Shown here: positions 39,205 to 48,571 of the stretch, one piece after another
Layout: each line of letters starts with the position of its first letter
Position numbering within the stretch: the stretch's first letter is position 1
From: a virus
Length of the DNA stretch: 64,000 nucleotides
Virus record (IMG/VR): IMGVR_UViG_3300047168_000120
Span: 1-64,000 of that record
Strand: one strand, 5' to 3'
Translations under genes and position numbers: made by a program
Notes under the pieces: model-generated
Told to the model about the DNA's origin: nothing
The model's database searches: none
Seen by the model: the letters and a program-made list of their open reading frames with translations, nothing else

Positions 39205-39224
39205 AAACACATTTTAATGTGGTT
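39205..39224. promoter_or_regulatory. Operator copy between the divergent array and helicase genes
   Basis: AAACACAT-TTTA-ATGTGGTT. Confidence 0.7.
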
Positions 39225-39262
39225 AGCAATGTGCCATAAACCCGCCACCACAACGAAAAAGG

Positions 39263-40717
39263 ATGCCGATAATGCCTGTTGACCAGCCCCTGCTCGGTCT
39301 TTCGATGAGAATTCCACCCGCCAATGTCCAGGCCGAGCAATCTCTCCTCGGCGCTATATTGGCCAACAACAAAGCGTTCGACCGGGTTGGCCATTTTCTG
39401 AGGCCGGAGCATTTTGCTGACCCATTCCATGGCAGGCTCTTTGGCGAGATCAGCCGGTTGATCCTTGAGGGCAAGGTCGCTGATCCAATAACCCTGCGCC
39501 CCTGGTTCCAGGCACAGCCTGACTGGGACGAGATGCCAGGCGGAGCGGCCTATATGGCGCAGCTGCTATCCGCGATGGTCGGCATCATCAATGCCGCCGA
39601 TTATGGGCGATCGATCCAGGATTCCTGGGCGAAGCGGCAAATCATCGACCGCGCAGAGCTGATGGTGGAAATGGCGTTTTCCGAAAATATGCGGGCCGAG
39701 GACATCGTGAACACCACCGTCACGGCGCTGGAAAGCACCATGCTGCTGCACGGCGATGTGGTAGAGGTCAGCCTCCAGGCAGCCTCAGAGCTGGTTTTCA
39801 ACACAATGAGCGACGCGATGGGGGGAAAGACGTCCCCAATTTTCTCGACTGGCATCGCAGACCTGGACGCCATCCTGGGCGGCGGCCTTAAGCTACGGCA
39901 CCTGAACATCCTCGGTGGCCGGCCGGGCCACGGCAAGAGCGCGCTGGCGCGGCAGGTCCTACTCTTCATAGCGCAGGAATACAAAATGCCCGTCCATGTC
40001 ATTTCGTTGGAAATGACGGCCGAGGATCAGGCCGCGTGCGCGCTCGGGACGTATGCCGGGATCTCCGCTGACCGAATCGAACAGGGGCGCCTAAGCACGG
40101 CGGAAGCCATGCGCGTCTTTGATGCCAAGAAAGGGTTCGCTGATCTCAGGGTATTTTTCGATGACCGCCCGCGGTTGAATCTCGACCAGATCAGAATGGG
40201 AATCCGTCAATTCAGACGAAAATACGTCAAGAAAAATGAGCCTTTCCTTGTGGTTATCGATCACATGCACCTGATTTCCTTGAACAGCCGCACCGTGAAG
40301 GGCGGCCTCGGCCTGGTCTTCGCAATCGGCGAGAATGCGAACGGTCTGAAGGAGCTGGCGAAGGACGAAAATTGCAGCGTTCTGGCGCTGGCGCAGTTGA
40401 GCCGCAACAAAGAGGGATCGGAGGACAAGGTGCCAACCCTCGGAGATTTAAAGAATTCTGGCGATATAGAGGCTGCGGCTGACAAGGTGTTCTTCACGCA
40501 TCGCCCAGAACTTCACCTGCATAAATCGAAGCCCAGCCGGAAGCCGAATGAGAGCGATTCAGAGTATGCGGCGCGCGAGATCGCTTACCAGGCGCTCGTG
40601 GAGCAGGAAGCCGGCGTCGTGCATCTTGTCAGCGCAAAGGTGCGCCAGGGCCGCACCGGTGCCATTCAGATGCGCTTTGACGGCGAGACGACGGCCTTTT
40701 TGAGCCTGCATCAATGA
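39263..40717 (+). CDS. dnaB: Replicative DNA helicase, DnaB family
   Basis: PPANVQAEQSLLGAIL; GGRPGHGKS; VVIDHMHL; LAQLSR; DLKNSGDIEAAAD; KVRQGRTG. Confidence 0.92.
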   Translation: MPIMPVDQPLLGLSMRIPPANVQAEQSLLGAILANNKAFDRVGHFLRPEHFADPFHGRLFGEISRLILEGKVADPITLRPWFQAQPDWDEMPGGAAYMAQLLSAMVGIINAADYGRSIQDSWAKRQIIDRAELMVEMAFSENMRAEDIVNTTVTALESTMLLHGDVVEVSLQAASELVFNTMSDAMGGKTSPIFSTGIADLDAILGGGLKLRHLNILGGRPGHGKSALARQVLLFIAQEYKMPVHVISLEMTAEDQAACALGTYAGISADRIEQGRLSTAEAMRVFDAKKGFADLRVFFDDRPRLNLDQIRMGIRQFRRKYVKKNEPFLVVIDHMHLISLNSRTVKGGLGLVFAIGENANGLKELAKDENCSVLALAQLSRNKEGSEDKVPTLGDLKNSGDIEAAADKVFFTHRPELHLHKSKPSRKPNESDSEYAAREIAYQALVEQEAGVVHLVSAKVRQGRTGAIQMRFDGETTAFLSLHQ

Positions 40718-41862
40718 GCGACCGCGAGACACCATGGTTCAAATTTTACCCCTCTGATTGGCAGGCAGATACCAACCTTGGAACCTGCAGTCTCGGGGCC
40801 CGCGGGCTGTGGATGGAGCTCTTATCCATCATGCACAAGTCGGAAAGATACGGTTTTTTGCTCATTTCTGACTCAAAACCGAGCATAAAACAGCTCGCTT
40901 TTGTGTGCAGAACTGAGCCAAAAAATGTCGAAAAATATCTCCAAGAATTGCGCAAATTTGGGGTTTTGTCTGAAACAGCCGATGGAATAATATTCTCCCG
41001 CCGAATGGTAAAGGATCGGGAGGGAAGCTCCATTTTGTCTGATGCCGGGTCGACCGGTGGCAACCCTAACATTCGGCGCGGAACCGTACGAAAAGACCTT
41101 CGAAAACGCTCCTACAGACGCTCAGACGCACCGGCAAAAACGAAAAGAATATTTGAAAAAACAGAAGGTTGTTGCATATGGTGCGGCGTCCATCTCGATG
41201 AAAATGGCGAAGGTCAAAACGCCTTCCAGATCGACTATATAAAGCCGGTTTGCGACGGCGGTAATCACGATGAAAGCAACCTGGTTCCCTCATGCGGGGA
41301 CTGCAAAAATTCGCGGTCAATTGGAAAAAATTTCTATAAAAAGCCATTTAGGCCGGAGTGGCGGATATACGTTCCGACCGATTCCGACGTTAACGTCGGA
41401 CGCGATTCCGACACTAAGCCCGACCATAAGCCCCATATACCAGAGACCAGAGACCAGAAAGAAAGAGTTCCGATTCCTTCGGAATCGGCGCCGGCGCTGC
41501 CGGCGCTCCCTGGGGTGATCATCGATGTGCGCACCCAGCTTTTCCGGGACGGCCTGGAAATCCTGCGGCGCCTCACCGGCAAATCGGAGGGCGCCTGCCG
41601 GACTTTCCTGGGCAAGCTGCTCAGGGAGGCCGGCGACGACTGCGAGCTGGCGCTGCGCAAGCTGCGCGAGGCGGCCGAAACGCCTCCAGCCGACCCGGGA
41701 GCTTGGCTCATGGCCGCGGTCAAAAAAGGTTCGGTTCCGAAAAAAAGCGCAAAAACCGAGGCGATGGAAAAAATTTCCGCGAGGCTTGACGCGGGTGGCA
41801 AAAACACACAAAGATGTGTTTTGACCATCGACGGCGAAGCGGAGCGGGAACTGGATGTTTAA
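40714..41862 (+). CDS. Replication initiator-like protein with a degenerate HNH-like Zn domain
   Basis: PWFKFYPSDW..CSLGARGLWMELL..IFSRRMV; CIWCG..IDYIKP..GG..SNLVPSCGDC. Confidence 0.7.
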   Translation: MSDRETPWFKFYPSDWQADTNLGTCSLGARGLWMELLSIMHKSERYGFLLISDSKPSIKQLAFVCRTEPKNVEKYLQELRKFGVLSETADGIIFSRRMVKDREGSSILSDAGSTGGNPNIRRGTVRKDLRKRSYRRSDAPAKTKRIFEKTEGCCIWCGVHLDENGEGQNAFQIDYIKPVCDGGNHDESNLVPSCGDCKNSRSIGKNFYKKPFRPEWRIYVPTDSDVNVGRDSDTKPDHKPHIPETRDQKERVPIPSESAPALPALPGVIIDVRTQLFRDGLEILRRLTGKSEGACRTFLGKLLREAGDDCELALRKLREAAETPPADPGAWLMAAVKKGSVPKKSAKTEAMEKISARLDAGGKNTQRCVLTIDGEAERELDV

Positions 41863-42406
41863 GGTTTTGGAACGGATTGGAATCAATATCAGCCACCCGG
41901 CTGCGCAATCCCTGAATTACCTCAAATCCACCGACATCGCCATGTTTCCCCCCTCACCGCGGCGCCTGGCCGATTGCGGGTTTTTGATGAACCTGCTGAT
42001 GGTTTATTTTTCCGGGATCACGCTGGCCGAGGCCACGGATTGGTTCGGCAGCGTCGTTGCCGGCACCAAAACCGGGTCGCTGGATGCGACCGAGATCGAG
42101 GCGCGGTGGAACGCGTTCGCGTTCAGCGTCGAGGGCAAGCCGAAATGCCTGTTCGACGACGCCTTGAAGCGCGAGGTCCTGTTGAAGTTTTCCTGGCTTC
42201 CGACGGCCGCCGAGGTCTGGGCTTTGGTGGAACCGGAATATGCTGAATTTCAGTCTGTATTGCTGCATTTGAACAAGATTTTGGGGCGCCCTTTCCGTGC
42301 AGCCCTTCCCTCCTTCGCCGAGATCGAAGAGCACGGATGGGCCATCGACCCGGCCGCAAAGCCTGCGATCGTATCAGTCCCGATTCGGGCGCTCAGCCAG
42401 GCTTAA
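41855..42406 (+). CDS. Hypothetical replication-associated protein
   Basis: Overlaps the initiator; F.WLPTAAEV motif. Confidence 0.5.
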   Translation: MFKVLERIGINISHPAAQSLNYLKSTDIAMFPPSPRRLADCGFLMNLLMVYFSGITLAEATDWFGSVVAGTKTGSLDATEIEARWNAFAFSVEGKPKCLFDDALKREVLLKFSWLPTAAEVWALVEPEYAEFQSVLLHLNKILGRPFRAALPSFAEIEEHGWAIDPAAKPAIVSVPIRALSQA

Positions 42407-42929
42407 AGCCGGCCGGCAGCCCATACAGCCGCGGGAACGGGAGCGCCTTTACCGGCACCTGGCGGCTCCGTAATACGGCATCGAAATCCTCAATCGAATA
42501 AACGACCACGTGAAGATGGGCCAGGCGAACAGCAGCGTCCCGGAATATGCGTTGCGGGCGTGATAATCGCCCTGCCTTTCGGTCCGGCGTCAGTCCCGGT
42601 ATTCCGGCCAGCTCCGGGACCTTCACTTCGATCAGCGTCGTAGCAGCGCCATCGGTGAGTAGGATCAGGTCGACAGCCCCCGGCAGAACGCCCTGCCCGG
42701 CCGGCACCAGGAAAGCCTCGTCTGGCTTGAATCTCTCTACCTCAGCATCCTTTTTCCTCTTACGGCCAGTCAACATGCTGGCCGTGGAAGGGTCCCTCTT
42801 CTCGCCATTCGGCACCGCGAAAAGAATGGCGTCGCCTGGCCGCACCACGGCGGCGAAATAGGCGACGATCGAGGCCTGGAGGTCTCGCTCGGGATGCGCC
42901 CTTGGAGAGGTCAGCTTGAAGGGTTTCAT
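42393..42929 (-). CDS. VRR-NUC / PD-(D/E)xK nuclease
   Basis: ERDLQ..AVPNG..GVLPGAVDL..IEVK..GRLSRPQ. Confidence 0.8.
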   Translation of the reverse strand: MKPFKLTSPRAHPERDLQASIVAYFAAVVRPGDAILFAVPNGEKRDPSTASMLTGRKRKKDAEVERFKPDEAFLVPAGQGVLPGAVDLILLTDGAATTLIEVKVPELAGIPGLTPDRKAGRLSRPQRIFRDAAVRLAHLHVVVYSIEDFDAVLRSRQVPVKALPFPRLYGLPAGFKPG

Positions 42930-43068
42930 ACGGGGCGACCACCTGGGGTCGTGCCGATTTTCCTCAATAAACTTCTGGTTTTATTGAGGGTTTTTCGCTG
43001 TAACGAATGTGTGAAATTCCGTTCATATTTTAGACAATAACATTGCAAAGAAGGTATTTTAACGCCTA

Positions 43069-43383
43069 TTAAGAATTCGCAACACATTTTGGTGTTACTT
43101 TTGGTATGTCTTTTGAGGTGGAACTTATGTGCGGCTCTGCGTTCTGGTTCAGGTCTTTTTTCGGAGCGGCGCGGAGTTTAACCCCAGGGTTTTTTTCAAG
43201 GTAATCCAATGTTTTCTGAACGGCGCGCAACGTGGTTATCGATGGCTCCCAGCCTGGCTTTAACATGCCTTGCAGCGTGTTCGGGTGCAGCCCAGATTTT
43301 ATGGCGATTCCTCGAATCGGTTGGCCGCTTCCCTTTACCTGCTTCACGACATGGACGATCAGCTTATCGATATCTTGCGTCAT
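43069..43383 (-). CDS. Cro-like HTH protein
   Basis: IRGIAIKSGLHPNTL..WEPSITTLRAV; divergent from the repressor. Confidence 0.65.
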   Translation of the reverse strand: MTQDIDKLIVHVVKQVKGSGQPIRGIAIKSGLHPNTLQGMLKPGWEPSITTLRAVQKTLDYLEKNPGVKLRAAPKKDLNQNAEPHISSTSKDIPKVTPKCVANS

Positions 43384-43394
43384 CGCGCGAATCA

Positions 43395-43414
43395 AAACAC
43401 ATTAGGTTGTGTTT
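43395..43414. promoter_or_regulatory. Operator copy between the cro-like and cI-like genes
   Basis: AAACACAT-TAGG-TTGTGTTT. Confidence 0.75.
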
Positions 43415-43446
43415 TTCAATAGTTTTGCCTTCAAATTCACAACATA

Positions 43447-44157
43447 ATGGTGTGTCGCGTGTCTGATGTCGAGTCGTCCGCTGAAAAGCGCCGTGTGGCC
43501 CTCAAAAAGGTCCTCAATGAGCGCGGCATCAATCCAACTGACCTTGCCAGCATGTGCGGGTGGGGCACGCCCAACGTGATCTATAATTTCTTTGCGGGCC
43601 GCACCACCCAGCTCTCAACTCAAAAATATGAGGAAATCTGTAAGGCTCTGCCAGGCATTACGGTTTCTGATCTTACGGGCGGCACTGTAAAAAAAACCGC
43701 GCCTCAGGTTCTGGTGAAAACAGAGTGCCGGGCCGGTTATTTGAGGGACACGTTCTCGCTGCCGGCCTCTAAAATTCGCGAGCTTCCATTGCCTGTGGAT
43801 GACGCTGCTCGCGTCGCCGGCGCTTATGCCGCTGTCGTGCGCCATCCGGGCGCCGAATCGATCTATCCGGAAGGGTCCTTACTGCTTTGCATCCCGGTCG
43901 ACAGGTTTGAAGGCGAAATTACAAGGGGTCGCCGTCTCCTCGTGGAGCGTCTTGTGGACACCAAATTGGAAGTCACGGTACGCGAGGTTCAGGAAGACGC
44001 AGAAGGCCGATTCTGGCTCTCCCAAAGGTCCACTGACCCGAGGTTTTCCGACGCTGTAAAATTGCCGCAGCAGATTTCAGGAAAACCGTGGCGCGAGAAG
44101 GGGGAGAAGTATGCGATTGCCGGCATCGTGATCGGCGCATTCGTCCCCGAACAATAG
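43447..44157 (+). CDS. CI-like repressor (HTH + S24-like domain lacking the catalytic dyad)
   Basis: N-term HTH; C-term YPEGS.LLC..LLVER..EVTVREV..I.GIVIG. Confidence 0.7.
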   Translation: MVCRVSDVESSAEKRRVALKKVLNERGINPTDLASMCGWGTPNVIYNFFAGRTTQLSTQKYEEICKALPGITVSDLTGGTVKKTAPQVLVKTECRAGYLRDTFSLPASKIRELPLPVDDAARVAGAYAAVVRHPGAESIYPEGSLLLCIPVDRFEGEITRGRRLLVERLVDTKLEVTVREVQEDAEGRFWLSQRSTDPRFSDAVKLPQQISGKPWREKGEKYAIAGIVIGAFVPEQ

Positions 44158-44161
44158 GCAC

Positions 44162-44198
44162 AAAAAACCCCCGAAGCCGTAACTTCGGGGGTTTTTTT
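44162..44198. terminator. Bidirectional intrinsic terminator
   Basis: AAAAAACCCCCGAAG-CCGTAA-CTTCGGGGGTTTTTT between convergent genes. Confidence 0.85.
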
Positions 44199-44501
44199 AA
44201 GACGCAAGCGCCATTTCTACGCCGGGCAGGAAGGCGACGCCTTGCGCGTTCACCAGGATTGGTTTCGGCGGGGCGGCGAACCAACCCGAGACCGTATCAC
44301 CAACCCAGCTGCACGCGTCGCTGGCGACGTCGTACACAGCCTGGCAAGCTGGCTTGCCGTACTCGTAGACAACGATCACGGCGGCGGCATTCACCGCGGC
44401 TGCGGTAACGACCGCGCCGGCGATCAGCACGTTCTTCGCGGCAGCGCTGGCAACCGCCTCGGCAGCGATTTGCGATGCGGTGTCCAAAAGACGATCGATC
44501 A
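44197..44501 (-). CDS. Hydrophobic hypothetical protein
   Basis: AAGGAGAAAATCA-ATG. Confidence 0.55.
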
Positions 44502-44814
44502 TTGATTTTCTCCTTGTTTTGATAGCCAGAGGATTCTGGCGGACGACCGGGGAATAAAGTCCCGGCCGGCTTCGGCACGAAATAGGCGTCTCTCCAGGAG
44601 AGCTCGACACTCAGAATTTTCGATTTTGGTAGAAGATAATTGAGCTCGATCCTGGATCGACCTGTTTATCAAACTGGAATTGCTTCCAGTGACCCCGTAG
44701 GGGTTGCAAACAAAGGATTAACATAACTTATATGGTAGTAGACCATTGAAATTCAAGGTTTTTATTGTTTTCAGGAATATTTTTGGGAATATTTTGCGTC
44801 GATTTTGTCAGTTT

Positions 44815-45072
44815 TTACGCATCTTTTTCGGCGAGGTCCAAGGCAAGAATATCATCAGCGAGAGCCATTTTGGCGGTCACGATGCGGCCGCCGAATCCGA
44901 CAACGTCGGCGATCTCAGCCAGGCGCCTGGTAATCTTCCTGTGTTCCCTGCCGGCTGATGCTGCGTTGGGATCTCCGGCTCGCACGATCCTTGCAAGATC
45001 GGTCTGTTTGGCACGGTAGGAATCGATGAGAATTATCGCTTCCTCTCGCGTAATTTCCAAATATTTTGGCAT
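44815..45072 (-). CDS. Small hypothetical protein
   Basis: Lies between two double-hairpin elements. Confidence 0.5.
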   Translation of the reverse strand: MPKYLEITREEAIILIDSYRAKQTDLARIVRAGDPNAASAGREHRKITRRLAEIADVVGFGGRIVTAKMALADDILALDLAEKDA

Positions 45073-45124
45073 TATCGATTTAATCACGCTGGATATTGTC
45101 CAGCAACCCCCGCAGGGGTTTCGT

Positions 45125-45886
45125 TTAGGCCGCCTTGCTCTTGCCCGGCATTTCTGCCGGTGGCGGCGCCGCGAGATCGGGGCGCTTCAGGTGATACGCC
45201 AGCCAGTTCGGATGGCTAAAGGAGCGAGGCCTGCTCATGGGCATGAGAAGCCCTACGGCATCCACGTTCCCGAAGCTGGTCCGGAAATGGGCTGGCCCAC
45301 TATTGTCGCAGATTTCGATGTTGATACCGGCTCCTTTTGTCTCGCCCAGGATCTCCGCGAATTGACCGATGCGCTGCAGCAGCGAGGAGCTAAACACCGC
45401 CCCGCTCCGCTCTTCACCGATCTTCTTGAAGAGCCTCGAGAAGTCAGGAAACGTCCCGTCGATCGCGGCATTGCGGCCGATCTGCTCACAATTTGGGCTA
45501 TCCCATTCCAACTCAGCCACTTCCTGAGCCGTAAGCTTCGTGCCGGCATGGAACGCCAACCTGAATTCAGGTGCCGTTTCCTTACCGTGTTGCTCGTAGC
45601 GCAGCCATTTGGACGTGAAGTTTTTGGACTTCGACTCCTTTGCCTTGATCTCGGCCGCGAATTCCTTGATGCGCCAGATCTGCGACGCCCCGGCGCAATG
45701 CGCGTCCGGGTCGTAGACGGACACCAGGAGGTGACCATCGGTGGCCGTCATAACCGCGCCACCTTCCTCATGCGGCTGGATGTAAATGCCGCCCAAGTAA
45801 TAGCGCGTTTCCTCGGTCGACACGATTTTCATCAGCGCCTGCATGTGGCGCGGTCGAACGACAGCGATTGAATTTTGATTGGTCAT
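45125..45886 (-). CDS. Truncated DNA polymerase III beta-clamp-like protein
   Basis: STEETRYYLGGIY..ATDGHLL..IDGTFPDF.R..LLMPM match DnaN middle/C-terminal motifs. Confidence 0.7.
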   Translation of the reverse strand: MTNQNSIAVVRPRHMQALMKIVSTEETRYYLGGIYIQPHEEGGAVMTATDGHLLVSVYDPDAHCAGASQIWRIKEFAAEIKAKESKSKNFTSKWLRYEQHGKETAPEFRLAFHAGTKLTAQEVAELEWDSPNCEQIGRNAAIDGTFPDFSRLFKKIGEERSGAVFSSSLLQRIGQFAEILGETKGAGINIEICDNSGPAHFRTSFGNVDAVGLLMPMSRPRSFSHPNWLAYHLKRPDLAAPPPAEMPGKSKAA

Positions 45887-46027
45887 AAAATTCCCTTTCG
45901 GCCCCCAGAGTGGGGGGCTGATCACCCTGCCGGTTGATCCGGCAGGAAGGGAGGGTGGCGCCGGCGCGCGGCCGGCGCCGATCTAGCGCTTATGGTTTTA
46001 GGGTCTCAGGGAGCGCTGGGCGCTAGA

Positions 46028-46303
46028 TTAGGCGGCGAGCTCGAAGCGGCGCTCCGCCGCGGCGCGGGCGGCATAGGTTTGCACGATCCCGTTTTGGTCT
46101 AGTGACGAGCCATCAAGATAGACGCGGACCCAAGCCCGGCCGTCTTCCGTCTCGAAAGTATCCCGGGTCGCCGGTTCATCGACAAGCATCTCCGGCGCTG
46201 CTTCACCAGCGACGTCGGGTGCCCAAATACCTGCGTTGTTGTCGCGAACGCACTGTGCGATGCACACGGCTGAATCTCCGAATAATATTCTTCTGCGTAA
46301 CAC
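46028..46303 (-). CDS. Small hypothetical protein; start uncertain
   Basis: 91-aa ORF; an operator copy overlaps its start. Confidence 0.4.
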   Translation of the reverse strand: MLRRRILFGDSAVCIAQCVRDNNAGIWAPDVAGEAAPEMLVDEPATRDTFETEDGRAWVRVYLDGSSLDQNGIVQTYAARAAAERRFELAA

Positions 46304-46611
46304 ATTTATGTGTGTTTTTGCAAGAAAAAACCCCGCTTCTTCGCAGAAACGGGGATTTTTTTATCGGATCATCCGCGCAACCATGCCGAAACCAAGACTG
46401 GAAGCCGCAAGATAAACGACCGTTCCGCCGGTTTGAAACATGAAGGATGCGTGGATCAGACCATAGGCCCATATGGCGGCACCGGTGCAAAGTCCGATTC
46501 CGAATAGACCGCTCAATGCGATTTGCTTCAGCATGTTTATCCCTTTCTGCCCATGTGTGTGGACTGATTTTCACCCCGAGCTGTGCCCGGGAAGGGTTGG
46601 CCGGGACGCTG

Positions 46612-46911
46612 TTAAACGTCCCGGCCTGGATTGGCGTACATTTCCTGTAGTGCCAGCTGTTGAGAAGCGGCACTCAGAATTCCGTATGCGCCGCCGGCGC
46701 TCAGAATGATCGCGCCAGGCGGTACTTCGGCGCGTGGCAGATCGTTGATTCGATCAAGGAACCGCCAGCACTGCTCCTGAGCAGCGCACAGCTGGAACGC
46801 TGCGCGGCGCTGCACGATCAGCCCTTCGTAAAGCACTGGCTCGCTGAGCCAGGCCAACATGGCGGTATCCTCTTCTGAGTCGTCCGGAGCCGCGAGGATT
46901 TGATCCTTCAT
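46612..46911 (-). CDS. Small hypothetical protein
   Basis: GGAGAACGCT-ATG downstream of an operator copy. Confidence 0.5.
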   Translation of the reverse strand: MKDQILAAPDDSEEDTAMLAWLSEPVLYEGLIVQRRAAFQLCAAQEQCWRFLDRINDLPRAEVPPGAIILSAGGAYGILSAASQQLALQEMYANPGRDV

Positions 46912-47035
46912 AGCGTTCTCCGTTAAGTTGTTGAAACACATAAGAATGTGTGTCATTCTCGTACTCAGAATATGGGTCTTATTTGATTTATTTCAATACT
47001 TTGCGGGAACAAAATAACCCATGGCGTCAAGTTGA

Positions 47036-47950
47036 ATGGCCACAAAAAAGAAATCGCGGAATGCTCTCAATGTGGAAGCTGCGATGCAGCGCTTGTGGGC
47101 GGAAATCCGAGAGGAATTTGAGACCACCGATATAGGGCTGCGCGCCCTGGCGAAGAAATACGGGATCAAGAGCCATGCTACGATCAAGCGCCGCGTCGAC
47201 AGCGAAAACTGGCGCCGCGACGTTCCCTCGGTAGCGGCTCATATCGCGACCCAAAACGTCCTGCAGAGCCTGGAAAATGAACCGGCGCTGGGTGGTTCGC
47301 AAGGCGGTTCATCCCCGCCGGTTGAGCAACCACCAGAATCTCAGAATCATGCAGAAAAAATCGGAGAAACTGTAAAATCGGAAGTGGTTGAAAAGGGTGG
47401 TTCGCAAGGCGGTTCCTCGCCACCCTTCAAACCGACTTCCCTGGCCATTTCGGAGCAGGTTGGCGCCATCAGGGCGGCCCGGCGAATGGCCACGGCGCAG
47501 GAGCAGCAGTTGCTGCGCGAAATCGAGCTCGCCAACGCGACGATTGGCATTTCCGCCAGCATGATCCAGATGCTGAACACGGCGATCACCACTGAGGACC
47601 CCGCCGAGGCCACGAAAATTATATCCAGGTTCAAGGCGCTCGGCGGCAAGATGGAAAGCTTCAGTAGCTTGCTCAAAGCCGCATTGGCGGGTGTCGAAAA
47701 GGGCGTGGCGATGCGGCGTAAGGCCCTCGGCATGGAACCCCGCGGCGGCATTCCTGCGCCAGGCGCCGGCGCCGCTGGGCAGGCAGAGCTGCCGGAGCAG
47801 GTTCAGCAGATGCTCCCTGCCCTTTCCACTGAGCAGCTCATGGAGCTGCGCCGCACGGCGGCGATGCTCAACGAGAAAATGCGCTTGGCGCAGCCTCAGG
47901 CCCATATTACGATTGACGCAGAAATTGCAGAAGCGGCAATAAACTCGTAA
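47036..47950 (+). CDS. Terminase small subunit-like protein
   Basis: N-term HTH WAEIREEFET..LRALAKKYGI..TIKRR..W typical of TerS; same strand as and upstream of TerL. Confidence 0.55.
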   Translation: MATKKKSRNALNVEAAMQRLWAEIREEFETTDIGLRALAKKYGIKSHATIKRRVDSENWRRDVPSVAAHIATQNVLQSLENEPALGGSQGGSSPPVEQPPESQNHAEKIGETVKSEVVEKGGSQGGSSPPFKPTSLAISEQVGAIRAARRMATAQEQQLLREIELANATIGISASMIQMLNTAITTEDPAEATKIISRFKALGGKMESFSSLLKAALAGVEKGVAMRRKALGMEPRGGIPAPGAGAAGQAELPEQVQQMLPALSTEQLMELRRTAAMLNEKMRLAQPQAHITIDAEIAEAAINS

Positions 47951-47958
47951 ATTTCCGG

Positions 47959-47987
47959 TTGCAAAACACATCTTAATGTGTTTTTCT
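47959..47987 (+). promoter_or_regulatory. Promoter/operator for the TIGR-Tas...terL operon
   Basis: TTGCA overlapping perfect AAACACAT-CTTA-ATGTGTTT; ends 7 bp before ATG 47995. Confidence 0.7.
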
Positions 47988-47994
47988 TTTCCAC

Positions 47995-48552
47995 ATGGCG
48001 ACAGAAACACATACCGCTGGAAGAATTCAATATCTCCCGCCGCGCGCGCCGAGTGAGCGCCAGAGCCTGCGGGAATTCGTCGACAAAATCGCTTCACGCT
48101 GCGAGACGCCGGAGGGCGCCGAAACGCTGGCGATGGAAGAATTGCTGCTCAAGCCAGACTTGGCGGATGAAGCCATGCGTCTTGGTCTGCGCCAGATGAT
48201 CGGCGAAATGCGTACCAGGTTGCGGACTTCTATGGTGAAGGCCAGGCGGGGGGAATGGCGCGCGGAAAAAAATGCGCCGCGCGGCTTCGCCGGCGCCGCG
48301 GCGGCCCGGGCATCCTTCTATAACTGGCCCCTACCGAATTCGGCGGTCGTTCTAGGCGATGCGACTGTCGCGGACCTAGAGGCCGCGGCGGCTTTCCATG
48401 ATGTTCACCGGGACGCGCACGCCAGCCGCGGGGGCGCCTACCGGCAGATCGCCGCGCTTCTGACGCGAGCCACCTCGAACCAAGATGTTCCGGTACGGAA
48501 AATCGTTGCCGAAGGCGAGTTGGCGCGCATTTTGGCTGGAACCCCCGCTTGA
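47995..48552 (+). CDS. Hypothetical protein, candidate TIGR-Tas accessory
   Basis: 185 aa; ends 19 bp before the first stem-loop unit. Confidence 0.65.
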   Translation: MATETHTAGRIQYLPPRAPSERQSLREFVDKIASRCETPEGAETLAMEELLLKPDLADEAMRLGLRQMIGEMRTRLRTSMVKARRGEWRAEKNAPRGFAGAAAARASFYNWPLPNSAVVLGDATVADLEAAAAFHDVHRDAHASRGGAYRQIAALLTRATSNQDVPVRKIVAEGELARILAGTPA

Positions 48553-48571
48553 ATCCGGTCCAAAAGGCCGG

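Noticed and set aside
43059-43072. CtrA box
   Set aside because: The spacing is TTAA-N6-TTAA, not the canonical N7.
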